From an uncultured Chloroflexia bacterium (lineage in GTDB: Bacteria > Chloroflexota > UBA6077 > JACCZL01): DNA of 64,000 bases. The stretch is from the NCBI GenBank assembly GCA_963765765.1, contig CAVXYC010000001.1, positions 128,001 through 192,000 of the forward strand, read 5' to 3'. Shown here piece after piece: positions 41,888-52,286 of this stretch. Each line of letters starts with the position of its first letter. Position 1 is the first letter of the stretch. The notes below the pieces were generated by a model, which was given only the letters and a program-made list of their open reading frames with translations, was not told the DNA's origin and did no database searches. The translations under genes were made by a program, and so were the position numbers.

Positions 41888-43363
41888 CTAGATTCGCTGT
41901 TCGCGAGCCGCGGTGCCAGCCGGGACGCTGGCAGGAGCCCCACGGTAAGTGCGCGACCATCCCATGGCGAGCTTCACCACCGCTAGAACGCCCGCTGTCG
42001 CCACCACGTGCATCATCACATCGGTGGGATGGTGGTAGCGCGGAACGAACGCCACGGTGGCCGCAGATGCAAGATAGAAGCTCAACGCCGTGAGCCCGGG
42101 CAGCAGACCCGGGCGCCAGGCGGGGGTCAGCAAGCAGGCAACCATGCCGATGACAAATAGTGTCGGGATGAGCAGTCCGAGGCGTGGACCCTGGTAAATG
42201 TTGACCAGGCGCTCGGCCAGATCAAAGCCGGCTTCTTGCTCGGCGGTGGCCGGGCCAATCAGGTAGTCCAGACGACGCGGCCAGTTGCGTGATTCCCAGA
42301 GCTTCCAGTGGTAGCCGAGCTCGTCCGGAATACCCATCCAGAGCAGCCGAAAGTCGTCGAGGACAAAGCGGACCCAGGTGAGCGGACGATCCTTGATTGC
42401 ATCGATAGCGATATCGCGCATGTAGGAATCCGCCTCGTTTTCACTCATCCGGAATTCTTCCATCAGCCGCGAATGGATCCCAATTCCGGTGACCTCCACC
42501 CAGGGCTTCTCCGCCTTATCGTCGGAGCGATCCTGGATGAATTTCCGCGCTTGCAGTCGTTTCGGATTCGGGTCATTGGGCGGGTTGGCAGGGTCGTAGA
42601 AGACGAAATTGCCGTAGTGGAAGACAGCCGTCTGGGCGATGAGGTTCTGGCCTACGGCACCGGCGACAGTGAATGCGCCATGCACCGCCTTGTTACGCGC
42701 CATCCAAGGAACGATAAGCAGCGCCGCGGCAACACCTGTAAGAATGGTCGCCCGGAGTGTCGGCCGCCATTTTCGAGTATGCAGCAGGACTATTGGCGGC
42801 CCGATAGCCAAAAGCATCTGGGCGTGTGGCCGGTTGAGCGTGGCCAATCCTATGGCAACGCCACTGGCCAGATACGCCCAGTTGGAGTCACGCCGTATAC
42901 CAAGGAGATACAGGAATACGGCAGCGGTGAGCAGAAAGGTGAATGTGGACTCTGTCATCAGGTACTGCTCGTAAATCAGCAGTCCACCTGACAGGGCGGC
43001 CACGAGCCCGCCCACAATTGCCGCGGCTCGTCCTATTGCCAGCTTACCGATTCCGTAGGCGAGCGCCACGGTGCCGAGTCCGATGACGTGCTGAATCGCG
43101 GCTACATTGCGCAGATCCTCGCCGAACGCGCGGCCGATGAGTGCCACGAAGACGGGGAAGAAGGGCGGTCGCTTGAGTGGCAGCGGGAAACCCTCACCCG
43201 TCATCAGCGCATGCGCCGGCACGTAGTACTGTGACGAATCTCCACCGATGAAGACGGGCGCGCGGGGAAAGAACGCGAGGCGCACTGCCGCGGCCACGAC
43301 CAGGATCAGCGTCAGCGCGAGAGCGTCGGGATGGGAGCGGAGCGTCCGAAGCATTGCAGACAT
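41888..43363 (-). CDS. GT-C (family 39/ArnT-like) membrane glycosyltransferase
   Basis: GDSSQY loop, RPPFFP, multiple TMs, MTESTF, VPWMARN, PRYHHP. Confidence 0.82.
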   Translation of the reverse strand: MSAMLRTLRSHPDALALTLILVVAAAVRLAFFPRAPVFIGGDSSQYYVPAHALMTGEGFPLPLKRPPFFPVFVALIGRAFGEDLRNVAAIQHVIGLGTVALAYGIGKLAIGRAAAIVGGLVAALSGGLLIYEQYLMTESTFTFLLTAAVFLYLLGIRRDSNWAYLASGVAIGLATLNRPHAQMLLAIGPPIVLLHTRKWRPTLRATILTGVAAALLIVPWMARNKAVHGAFTVAGAVGQNLIAQTAVFHYGNFVFYDPANPPNDPNPKRLQARKFIQDRSDDKAEKPWVEVTGIGIHSRLMEEFRMSENEADSYMRDIAIDAIKDRPLTWVRFVLDDFRLLWMGIPDELGYHWKLWESRNWPRRLDYLIGPATAEQEAGFDLAERLVNIYQGPRLGLLIPTLFVIGMVACLLTPAWRPGLLPGLTALSFYLASAATVAFVPRYHHPTDVMMHVVATAGVLAVVKLAMGWSRTYRGAPASVPAGTAAREQRI

Positions 43364-43469
43364 AAAACGCGGCGACCCGCTCGGTCACCATACGGAAGCG
43401 GAAAGCGACCTGGCAAGTCGGCACACTCTCTGCCCGGTCTCTCGAACATCGCGCTAAAGGCCGAAAGAC

Positions 43470-44003
43470 ATGTGGGATCGAATCCGGAAATATGGACTAG
43501 GAACGCTGGCCGGATTCCTGGGGCTCAGCTTCGGTGTCGCCGCGGTTGGCGGCAAGATCACCGCGAAATCGGTGAACATCTGGTATCAGACCCTCCAACG
43601 TCCAAGCTGGACGCCGCCGGGCAGGCTATTTGGTCCGGTGTGGACGGTGCTGTACGGTCTGATGTCCGTCTCGGCATGGATGGTAACCAGAGCTGCGAAA
43701 AATCGCTTCGATCTCCGACATCCAGCAAAACTGGCTATCTGCGCCTGGTTCGCGCAGCTTGCGCTCAATCTCGCGTGGTCGGGGGTGTTTTTCGGCGCGC
43801 GACGAATAGGGGCAAGCCTCTATGTCATTGGCGGACTCTGGGCGGCCATTCTGGCCTACATGGTGTGGACCGCTAGAGTCTCACGCGTTGCCGCCTGGCT
43901 CTTTGCACCCTACCTTGCTTGGGTAAGCTTCGCGGCAGCCCTGAATTTCCGAATCTGGCGAATGAACCGCGGGCTCATCTCGCAAGTCACGCGGCGTATC
44001 TAA
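43470..44003 (+). CDS. tspO: TspO/MBR family sensory protein
   Basis: WYQTLQRPSWTPP, FGPVWTVLY, QLALNLAWS, PYLAWVSFAAALN. Confidence 0.92.
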   Translation: MWDRIRKYGLGTLAGFLGLSFGVAAVGGKITAKSVNIWYQTLQRPSWTPPGRLFGPVWTVLYGLMSVSAWMVTRAAKNRFDLRHPAKLAICAWFAQLALNLAWSGVFFGARRIGASLYVIGGLWAAILAYMVWTARVSRVAAWLFAPYLAWVSFAAALNFRIWRMNRGLISQVTRRI

Positions 44004-44006
44004 GCG

Positions 44007-44189
44007 CTAGCACTCGCTACTTCGCTTGAACCGTCCCGCGCCACGCTCTGAAAGTACGTGAAGACTGCCTTCTCGGTCGACACGCTGTGCCTGAGTGTGG
44101 CAATGGGGACATTCCAGCAAATCCAATTCGTTCACACGCAGGCGCTCTTCGGAGCATCGTGGGCAATAGGGCAAGGGGGTTTCTGTCAT
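44007..44189 (-). CDS. Small zinc-ribbon protein
   Basis: CPRC...CPHC; fills the gap between genes. Confidence 0.55.
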   Translation of the reverse strand: MTETPLPYCPRCSEERLRVNELDLLECPHCHTQAQRVDREGSLHVLSERGAGRFKRSSEC

Positions 44190-44284
44190 TTCGGTGTGCA
44201 GCAACAATCTATCGTAATCATATCCTTCGATTTCCCCTGACGGGCTTGACGTTTCGTGCATCCGCTCGCTATGGTCCGCGAGCC

Positions 44285-45019
44285 GTGTGGGAAGGCAAAC
44301 GCGTCTCCGTCATACTGCCCGCATACAACGAGGCAGACAATATCGCCCGGGCTGTCAGCGAATTCATCGGGATCTCGGCCATCGACGAGGTTGTCGTGGT
44401 GGACAACAATTCGCGTGACGGTACGGGACCTCTGGCCGCCGCGGCCGGTGGCCGCGTTGTCGTGGAGACCAAGCAAGGCTACGGTCACGCACTTCGCCGG
44501 GGCATGGCCGAGGCCGTGGGGGATCTTGTCGTACTGGCAGAACCAGACGGAACGTTTGTAGCTCGGGACGTGCTCAAGCTGCTCAGTTACACCGACGAAT
44601 TCGATATGGTGCTGGGCACGCGGACCACGCGTGAGCTGATCTGGAGCCAGGCCAACATGGGCTGGTTCCTGCGGGTCGGCAATGTCGCCGTGGCCAAGAT
44701 GATTCAGGTGCTCTACGGAGGCCCGTCGCTGTCTGACTGCGGCTGCACGTTTCGACTGATTCATCGCGAGGCACTCGCGAAAATTTACGATGATCTCACG
44801 GTAGGAGGCTCGCACTTTCTACCTGAGATGGTCATCCTGGGACTGCGCCGGGGACTCCGAGTCATTGAGATTCCCGTGAATTACCGGGGCCGCGTCGGCG
44901 AGTCAAAAATCACAGGGTCTCCCATGACGGCCATGAAAGTCGGCCTGCGAATGATTGGCCTGATCACGGAGTATCGATGGCATACGCTGCGCCGCATGGC
45001 TCGCCGATCGCCGCGTTAG
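44285..45019 (+). CDS. Glycosyltransferase family 2 (polyprenol-phosphate glycosyltransferase-like)
   Basis: VILPAYNE, VDNNSRDGT, QGYG, EPDGT, RGRVGESKI. Confidence 0.9.
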   Translation: MWEGKRVSVILPAYNEADNIARAVSEFIGISAIDEVVVVDNNSRDGTGPLAAAAGGRVVVETKQGYGHALRRGMAEAVGDLVVLAEPDGTFVARDVLKLLSYTDEFDMVLGTRTTRELIWSQANMGWFLRVGNVAVAKMIQVLYGGPSLSDCGCTFRLIHREALAKIYDDLTVGGSHFLPEMVILGLRRGLRVIEIPVNYRGRVGESKITGSPMTAMKVGLRMIGLITEYRWHTLRRMARRSPR

Positions 45020-46723
45020 GGCGGCGACCCGCTGTAGCCGCGTCGGTCGGTGTCTTAGGCGCGCTAGCCATTGTCGCTTTCGGCCTTTTTGTGGGCCGGG
45101 AGATCGGGCGACCGTTTCTCTACGACGAAGTGAACTTTACTTTCGGCGCCGAGGCCGTGGCGCGAACTGGGATTCCGTTCGCTAACGCCGGCTGACATGA
45201 GCGACCGCTACGATTTCGGTCAGCGTGAGCAATGGGCGCTGTGGCATCCGCCACTCTATCTCTACGCGTTGGGGCTCTGGTACAAGCTGTTGGGTGTGTC
45301 GGAGTTGGTGGGCCGTGGCTTCGGGGTCGTCTGCACAATCATCTCGGCGTTGTTGATCGGGTACATCGGACGTAGAGTTGCCTCACCCACTGCGTCCGCC
45401 CTCACTGGATTACTGGCCTTCGCCCTATTCCTGCTCAGCCCTCTCACTGTCCAGAGCGCACTTATTCTGGATATTGACGGAACGGTCCTACTGCTGTTCG
45501 TGACGCTGCTGACGGCGCTTTATATACGTCACGTGCAGGAGCCGGCACGTTGGGACATCCCGGTGCTGACCCTGGTCTTCGCTCTGGCGCTCTGGGCCAA
45601 GATGACTACTCCTCTGGGCCTGCTATTCGCGATGGTGGGTTATCGGACGCTCGAGCGACGCCCACTGATTGGACTTCGGGAGGCCGCCATCGTGGGATTG
45701 GGAGGAGCCGCGCTCTTTGTCTCAACCTACGCTGTAGTCTTCATAGCTCTGCGAATGCCCATGGACCTCCCGTTCGCCACCCTTTGGCAAGAATTCATGG
45801 ACGCCTCGGAGAGCACCCGGCAGTGGCGCGAGTCGTTCGAAACATTCATATCTGCCGTCTCGCCGGTAGCCTGGTGGATCTCACCAGCGCTGCTGGTCTT
45901 GAGTTTGGCCGCGCTGATCCAGCGCGGCCGCGATTTCCTCGAGACCCGGCAGCCGCACGTGATAGATGTAGTGCTCATCCTCGCGGCAGGCATCTACGCG
46001 GTCTATCTCATCAAGTTGGCCGGCCTATTTCCGAAGTACCACATCACCGCGCTCCCGTTTATCTGCCTGGCCGCTGCCTGGCTGGTGGGTCGAGTCGTCG
46101 GACAGGTCCGACTCAGGGACGCTTTGGCGTGGGCGCTGGTGCTCATCCTGATGACGGCCTACTACTGGCGCGTTCCCGTGGAGTGGTTCCGCGAAGGATT
46201 TGGTTCGCTAGATACGCTCCTGGTGATCCGCCCGCTGATGCTCCTGGTGCTGGCATTTGGGCTCGCGGCCGTCATTGCCGGCGGACCGTTCAGTCGACAT
46301 CTCGCTATGGTGACGGCTTTGCTCGTATTTGGCTGGTCGCTGGGTATGGGATGGAGACAGTCTCGGGTCGACTTTTCCACGAACTATTGGTACGGCACGC
46401 ACGGCCAACGGGAAGCGGCCGCGTTTGTCGATACGCTAATCGCCCCCGATGAGTTCTGGGGCGGCGCAAAAGAAGTGGCCTATTACGCGCGGAATCAACA
46501 GTACATCGATCAGGACACCCTCCAGTACTGGATCGAGCACTACGGCGGCGGGCTCCAACAGCCCATCAATGGACACATGCCGCGCGTGCTCGCCGTCTGG
46601 ACGGGCCATTCATACGTTTCCTGGGTGTTCCATGTGGCTATCGAGAAGGAGTTCGAGACGGTCGGAGAGTTTGGAACGTACACCGTCTTGGTCCGAAGAC
46701 CAGCCCTTAGCGCGGGAGCCTAG
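44977..46723 (+). CDS. GT-C (family 39/ArnT-like) membrane glycosyltransferase; frameshift near 45193
   Basis: YDE loop, WHPPLY, many TMs; ORFs 44977-45195 and 45197-46723 join with one indel. Confidence 0.82.
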
Positions 46724-46797
46724 ACTCGTCGCTTGCCGCTGACCGAGTGGAATGACAGAATGGCCCCACGTGCAGCGATTCCCTGGAGTATCAATTC

Positions 46798-46998
46798 ATG
46801 GCCAATTTTTATGATCTGTCCCCGGACGACGCGCGCAGGTTGGCGAATCTTGCGGGTCAGACGTGGGATGACGCCACAGTAGCGCGGCTGCTTCCGCAGA
46901 TAAGGGGCGTGCTAAACGCGGGCAAGCGGATCTACGATCTGGATCTGGGCACCACTGAGCTGGCGGTCAGCTTTGAGCTGGCAGAGTCTGAGCGATGA
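46798..46998 (+). CDS. Small GatC/AtzG-like amidase partner
   Basis: ATGA overlap with the amidase; ARRLANLAG helix. Confidence 0.6.
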   Translation: MANFYDLSPDDARRLANLAGQTWDDATVARLLPQIRGVLNAGKRIYDLDLGTTELAVSFELAESER

Positions 46999-48392
46999 GT
47001 GACGCACTCTGCCGTGAATCGATCGCGGCGCTTGCGCCGCGTATTGAGCGGCGCGACATCTCCCCAACCGAGCTTACGCAGGCCACGTTGGAGCGGATCG
47101 AGCGACTGAATCCGAAGTTGAACGCGTTCCTGACCGTAACCGCCGAGCACGCGTTGGAACAGGCCCGCGGGGCGGAGGCCGAGATCGCTGCGGGAAACTA
47201 TCGTGGACCGATGCACGGAATTCCGATCTCGCTCAAGGACCTCTACCTCACAAAGGGTATCCGCACAACCGGTGGCTCGAAGATCCTGGGCGACTGGATT
47301 CCGGACATCGATTCAGCGGTAGGCGAGCGGCTGCGCGACGCCGGCGCGATTATGGTCGGCAAGAACCACATGCACGAGTTCGCTTTCGGAACCACCAATC
47401 TGAGTCCGCACTACGGTCCAGCGCTCAACCCCTGGGATCAAGGTCGAGTGACCGGCGGCTCTAGCGGTGGTACAGCAGTGGCGGTGGCCACCGGCATGAG
47501 CCAGATGAGCATGGGCTCTGACACCGGGGGGTCCATTCGCATGCCAGCTTCGTTTTGTGGCGTCTCTGGAATTAAGGCGACTTATGGCCGCGTAAGCAAA
47601 TATGGCGCTCTTCCATTGGCCTGGTCTATGGATCACACCGGACCATTAGCTCGGTCCGCCGAGGACCTTGCGATCGTGCTCAATGCTATCGCCGGGTACG
47701 ACCCACGCGATCCGACGACCGTGGAGCGCCCGGTTCCCGATTTTCGATCGAAGCTGAACCAGGGCGTTTCAGGACTTCGCCTCGGCGTCATTCAGGAATA
47801 CATGGATAACACCGTGGACGCGGAGTCGGCCAGCGTGACCCGAGCCGCAATTGCTGAGCTAGAGAAGCTAGGCGCTCAAGTAGAAGATGTGTCGTTCCAG
47901 GATGTCACAGGTTTCCTGGGCGCCGCGACCACGATCCTGCACGCTGAGGGCGCGGCATACCATGCCAAGTGGTTGATGGAACGGCCGCAGGACTACAGCC
48001 CAGCGGTGCTAGAACGTCTCCAGGTGGGCTCCGTGCTGCCTGCCATCGACTACGTCAATGCCCAGAGGGCCCGCCGCATCATTGTGGATCGCGCGCTTGG
48101 CATCATGGGCAGGTTCGACGCCCTCGTGTGCACAACAATGCCGGTTCTGCCGCCGTTGCTCGAAGAGGGGAGTCGTCCCGAGATCCACGGCAATCTTGCG
48201 CGTCACACGCGCCTCTTCAACCTGTTGGGATTCCCAACGGCGTCGTATCCGTGTGGATTCAGTGCCACCGGACTGCCCATCGGACTCCAGGTCGCCGGTC
48301 GACCCTGGGATGAAGCCACGGTCCTGTGCATCGGCCATGCCTACCAGCAGGCCACGAATTGGCACAATCGTTGGCCGGCGGTGGCGAACTAA
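46995..48392 (+). CDS. Amidase signature family protein
   Basis: SLKD, GGSSGG, GSDTGGSIRMPA, GLPIGLQ. Confidence 0.93.
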   Translation: MSDALCRESIAALAPRIERRDISPTELTQATLERIERLNPKLNAFLTVTAEHALEQARGAEAEIAAGNYRGPMHGIPISLKDLYLTKGIRTTGGSKILGDWIPDIDSAVGERLRDAGAIMVGKNHMHEFAFGTTNLSPHYGPALNPWDQGRVTGGSSGGTAVAVATGMSQMSMGSDTGGSIRMPASFCGVSGIKATYGRVSKYGALPLAWSMDHTGPLARSAEDLAIVLNAIAGYDPRDPTTVERPVPDFRSKLNQGVSGLRLGVIQEYMDNTVDAESASVTRAAIAELEKLGAQVEDVSFQDVTGFLGAATTILHAEGAAYHAKWLMERPQDYSPAVLERLQVGSVLPAIDYVNAQRARRIIVDRALGIMGRFDALVCTTMPVLPPLLEEGSRPEIHGNLARHTRLFNLLGFPTASYPCGFSATGLPIGLQVAGRPWDEATVLCIGHAYQQATNWHNRWPAVAN

Positions 48393-48444
48393 TGCGTTGC
48401 CTTGAACGAAGGTGCGCGGCTGGCCGACAGGTGGGAAGCCGCGT

Positions 48445-49239
48445 ATGACCGGCAAACATCAGATTTTTCAGGTTGACGCGTTCACGGATCGGGTGTTTGC
48501 CGGCAATCCTGCCGCGGTCTGTTTACCGGCGGAGTCGCGTGATGCCGAATGGATGCATGCGCTCGCGCGCGAGCTGAATCAATCCTCCACCACGTTTATC
48601 GAGGAGCGGGGAGATGTGTTCGGCATCCGCTGGTTCACACGACGCGAGGAGCTCGTGCTAAATGGGACCGGTACCCTGTGTTCAGCCCATGTTCTATGGG
48701 AGACTGGACGGGTCCCGCGGGACCAGGAAGTGAAATACGAGTCGCAAAGTGGTCCCCTAGCAGCCCGCTGGGACGACGGCTGGATTGAGATGGATTTTCC
48801 GGCCGGGACCGTAACAGCAGTGGACCCGCCAAAGGGGTTGATCGATGGATTGGGGGCGACGCCCACGCTCGTGGTGCGGAGCAACCGAAACGTCATCGCG
48901 TTATTCGAGAATGAGGGCGAGGTGCGTGCTCTGGAGCCCGACTACCCGCTGCTCGCGACGATTGATACGCGGGGAATCATCGCGACCGCCGCGGATGCCG
49001 ACTCGAAATTTGACTTCATCTCGCGATACTTCGGCCCCGCCGGCGGGATTGGCGAAGACCCGGTGAATGGCTCGTCACATGCCGAGCTCGGCCCCTTCTG
49101 GGGCGCTCGGCTGGGTCGCGATGTGCTTCTGGCGCAACAGGCGTCACCGCGTGGTGGGCTCCTACGAATTCGACCTGAGGGTGATCGCGTCTGGATCGCC
49201 GGTAAAGCCGTCACCGTGGCTCGGGGCGAGCTGGCGTAG
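48445..49239 (+). CDS. PhzF family isomerase
   Basis: QVDAFT, GNPAAV, SRYFGP, EDPVNGS; the first catalytic motif reads LNG where family members usually have LCG. Confidence 0.88.
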   Translation: MTGKHQIFQVDAFTDRVFAGNPAAVCLPAESRDAEWMHALARELNQSSTTFIEERGDVFGIRWFTRREELVLNGTGTLCSAHVLWETGRVPRDQEVKYESQSGPLAARWDDGWIEMDFPAGTVTAVDPPKGLIDGLGATPTLVVRSNRNVIALFENEGEVRALEPDYPLLATIDTRGIIATAADADSKFDFISRYFGPAGGIGEDPVNGSSHAELGPFWGARLGRDVLLAQQASPRGGLLRIRPEGDRVWIAGKAVTVARGELA

Positions 49240-49262
49240 GATCAGACGACTTCGCCACATCC

Positions 49263-50264
49263 ATGGTCTCAGCGGTCAGCGTCGCCATCACGGTCAAGAA
49301 CGAGGCCGCGTCAATCGAGACGTTGCTTCACTCGCTGGGACGGCAGACGCGCCCTCCGGACGAGATCGTCATTGTGGATGGCGGGTCTACTGACGGAACG
49401 CTTGGAATTATCGAGGCGGCGGGTCCGCCCGTACGCGCGATCTCAGCACCAGACTCAAATATCTCCGAGGGACGCAACATTGCCATCCGCGCCGCCCGAT
49501 ACAACGTCATTCTCGTCACGGACGCTGGAGTCTCGTTACCCGACGTCTGGGTAGAGACGCTGACGGACGCCTTCGCGGGTGACGAATCACTGGCGATGGT
49601 AGGCGGATTTTTCGAGTCAGCGCCTCAGTCGGTGTTTGAGTGGGCGCTCGGTGCCACCACACTCCCACGGGAGAACGAGGTTGATCCGACTACCTTCATG
49701 CCGTCGCATCGCTCCGTGGCGTTTCGCCGCTCCGTCTGGCAGTCGCTCGGCGGGTATCCGGAGTGGCTGGACTACTGTGAAGACCTGCTGTTCGACATGC
49801 GAGCTCGGGCGGAGGGATTCCGTGTTAGCTTCGAGCCCCGTGCGACGGTGGCTTTTCGCCCGCGATCCACACTGAGAGCCTTTGCACTTCAGTACTTCCG
49901 GTACGCTCGCGGCGATGGCAAGGCGCGCATTCTTCTAAAGCGACACATCGTACGGTATGGGGTCTACGGCTGGGCGACGATTGCTTCTGGGATTGTCCTG
50001 AGATACCCGAGATTGCGCGCAGTTATTCTCGGAGCCGCGGCGCTATTTGTCGGGATGTACTGTCGGCGTCCATGGGCTCGACTTCTGGCAACCCGAGGGG
50101 GTCACTCAACGATGGAGCTCGTTAAGGCCGTCACGCTCGTACCCGTGCTGCGGCTGACCGGTGACTTCGCCAAAATGGCGGGGTTCCCTACGGGCTTAGC
50201 ATGGGCTTTTCGAGTCGGAAAAAGCCGGATCAGCCCCACGAATGACTCTTTGACTAACGGGTAG
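49263..50264 (+). CDS. Glycosyltransferase family 2
   Basis: ITVKNE, VDGGSTDGT, GRN, TDAG, EDLLF. Confidence 0.9.
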   Translation: MVSAVSVAITVKNEAASIETLLHSLGRQTRPPDEIVIVDGGSTDGTLGIIEAAGPPVRAISAPDSNISEGRNIAIRAARYNVILVTDAGVSLPDVWVETLTDAFAGDESLAMVGGFFESAPQSVFEWALGATTLPRENEVDPTTFMPSHRSVAFRRSVWQSLGGYPEWLDYCEDLLFDMRARAEGFRVSFEPRATVAFRPRSTLRAFALQYFRYARGDGKARILLKRHIVRYGVYGWATIASGIVLRYPRLRAVILGAAALFVGMYCRRPWARLLATRGGHSTMELVKAVTLVPVLRLTGDFAKMAGFPTGLAWAFRVGKSRISPTNDSLTNG

Positions 50265-51324
50265 ACGTATCGGCGCTGACCTTCTGGAGATGCTTGACAC
50301 CCGCGGCCATGAGCTCCAGTGAATCCTGCATGGCTCCCATCTCGGCATCGGCCAGCAGCGAGGAGGCGCTCACCTCCACATTCCCCACCAGACCCAGGCA
50401 GCTAGTGGCGCCATATGTACGCCCATCCAGCTCGCCCGCGCGCATGGCACACAGGACCGGATACGCATAGCCATCCGGGCGCGCGAGCTGTGACCCTCGC
50501 TCAGCCGCGCGAGCCGGGGCCTCTTCGAACGAAGATTGGGCTTGCACCTCACTTGGGTAGACGATGAACGTAATCCGATTTTCCGCACCCGGCCCATCAA
50601 CCTGGAGATCGATCTCGCCAACTGCCCCGTGTGCAAAGCCTCGGTCGCTGATGGGCGAGCGAATGATATTTCCGGAACTGAACCCCGTCGGCAGCTCATC
50701 TGAGAGGAATGGGGTGCGAAACAGTGCATCCGCGAGCGCGGGCGCGCCGTTGGATGCTCGAAATTTCTCGTACTTTGCGAGTGCCACGTTATTGAGATTG
50801 ATTGCCGATTGGATGGACGTCCCGGGTGCGGCTCCCTCGACAAGGGTGAACCAGATCAAATTGTCGCGTACACGCCCCGCGCCGAAGACTAACCGTTCCA
50901 GGCCATCGACATCGGCTTGACCTATGAGCTGGACGTCGGTGGCGTTGTTCTGACCCCCGGGGAAGATGCCAACGTTTTGATCGCCGATGATTTGATCGCG
51001 CACTTGACGAAAGTAGCCGACGGGAGGTATTGGCTGATCGATACGTATCACTTGCTGCCAGATCCGAACGGGGCCACCCGCAAGGTGCTCAGGAGATGGG
51101 TCTGTTCGCATAGCAATGGTGTAGCTCGGACCGACGTTCTCGATGAGTTGCTCTCGGGTCAGACCAGGCTCGATCTCAAATCCGTCCGGAACGTCGCCGA
51201 GGTCTAACGCGGTTTCCTGAGGAAGCATGCTTGGGACCTGCGCCTGAGCTGACCAGGGCATGAGCGCCGTAGAGAAGATGACAGCGAGGGCCACCATGAC
51301 GCTAATAGACGATGGCGAAGTCAT
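50254..51324 (-). CDS. Hypothetical secreted protein
   Basis: Signal peptide ending AQA; GGAG RBS; long clean ORF. Confidence 0.7.
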   Translation of the reverse strand: MTSPSSISVMVALAVIFSTALMPWSAQAQVPSMLPQETALDLGDVPDGFEIEPGLTREQLIENVGPSYTIAMRTDPSPEHLAGGPVRIWQQVIRIDQPIPPVGYFRQVRDQIIGDQNVGIFPGGQNNATDVQLIGQADVDGLERLVFGAGRVRDNLIWFTLVEGAAPGTSIQSAINLNNVALAKYEKFRASNGAPALADALFRTPFLSDELPTGFSSGNIIRSPISDRGFAHGAVGEIDLQVDGPGAENRITFIVYPSEVQAQSSFEEAPARAAERGSQLARPDGYAYPVLCAMRAGELDGRTYGATSCLGLVGNVEVSASSLLADAEMGAMQDSLELMAAGVKHLQKVSADTSTR

Positions 51325-52239
51325 GAGGTGCTCCAGGACGCTGTTCGAGCTTTAGATTTGACGGTTGCCCAGTGTATCAGAACGCGCCCAGCGCCCTGAG
51401 CTGGCAAGCGTCCGAAACGCGCCAGAATCTCAGAGGGTTATCTCATGTGTGGGCGTCAATAGGGAGAAACCAGATCAAACGGCCTCGCAATAGGTCAAGC
51501 GACTCGCGGCGTGCCCGTGCTATGACTGATGATCACTGCACTGGTGGCGCTCAACCCATCCTCGTAACGGCGCCAGAGCTTCCAGGTTCGGCCTGCCCGA
51601 GTCCTACGAATCGACTCCCAGCGTCGATTCTCGACCACGGGAAGCATCCATAGACGCCTAGCCATTCCTTGTCGGCCAAATACCTCTCGACCTATCTATT
51701 GTTCGTCAATGACCTCTGTATCAAAATTCACATCACTAACACTTTATAGGGGACAGCAATACTTTTACTTCCTTCGCCGCCAATGTTTATTAGATCTTCT
51801 TGCCAGATATCTTTCCACTTGATTATTGAAGTCATTTTAGTCCTAGGTGGTGATTCGATAGTTAGTGCATCTGTTCGAGAAATCTCGGTAAGCCCTCCCG
51901 GAACAGGGGCGAAGTGTACGCGCTATCGTAATATTCGAAAAGTGGGTCGAAGGCGGACCGCCTATTGGAGGCGATCCCAACACGCTTGACTGCCGCGTCC
52001 TAAAAGATCGCACTCGCCGTGGTGCGCCCGCGCGGACGTCGGTTCTGGCGACAACGTTCGGTCTGACCTTGCTAGATATCCAGATACCTATGCCGTCTCT
52101 TAACGTTCGATTTTGGGCCTGCCACGCGATCACCCCGTCGCTGATCGGCACAAGGCGGAGCGCGTCTTATAAGCGTCTCGCAATTAACATCTCGGTGCCG
52201 ACCGCGTCTGATGAGTATTGAGACGGGCCAGCCTGACGT

Positions 52240-52267
52240 GTGAGCGCTAAGCCGGATTATCGAACGG
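52240..52267. repeat. dif-like site (degenerate), tandem with the IS-interrupted site
   Basis: GTGAGCGCTAA-GCCGGA-TTATCGAACGG. Confidence 0.45.
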
Positions 52268-52286
52268 GCAGTTCCTATAACCGGGG

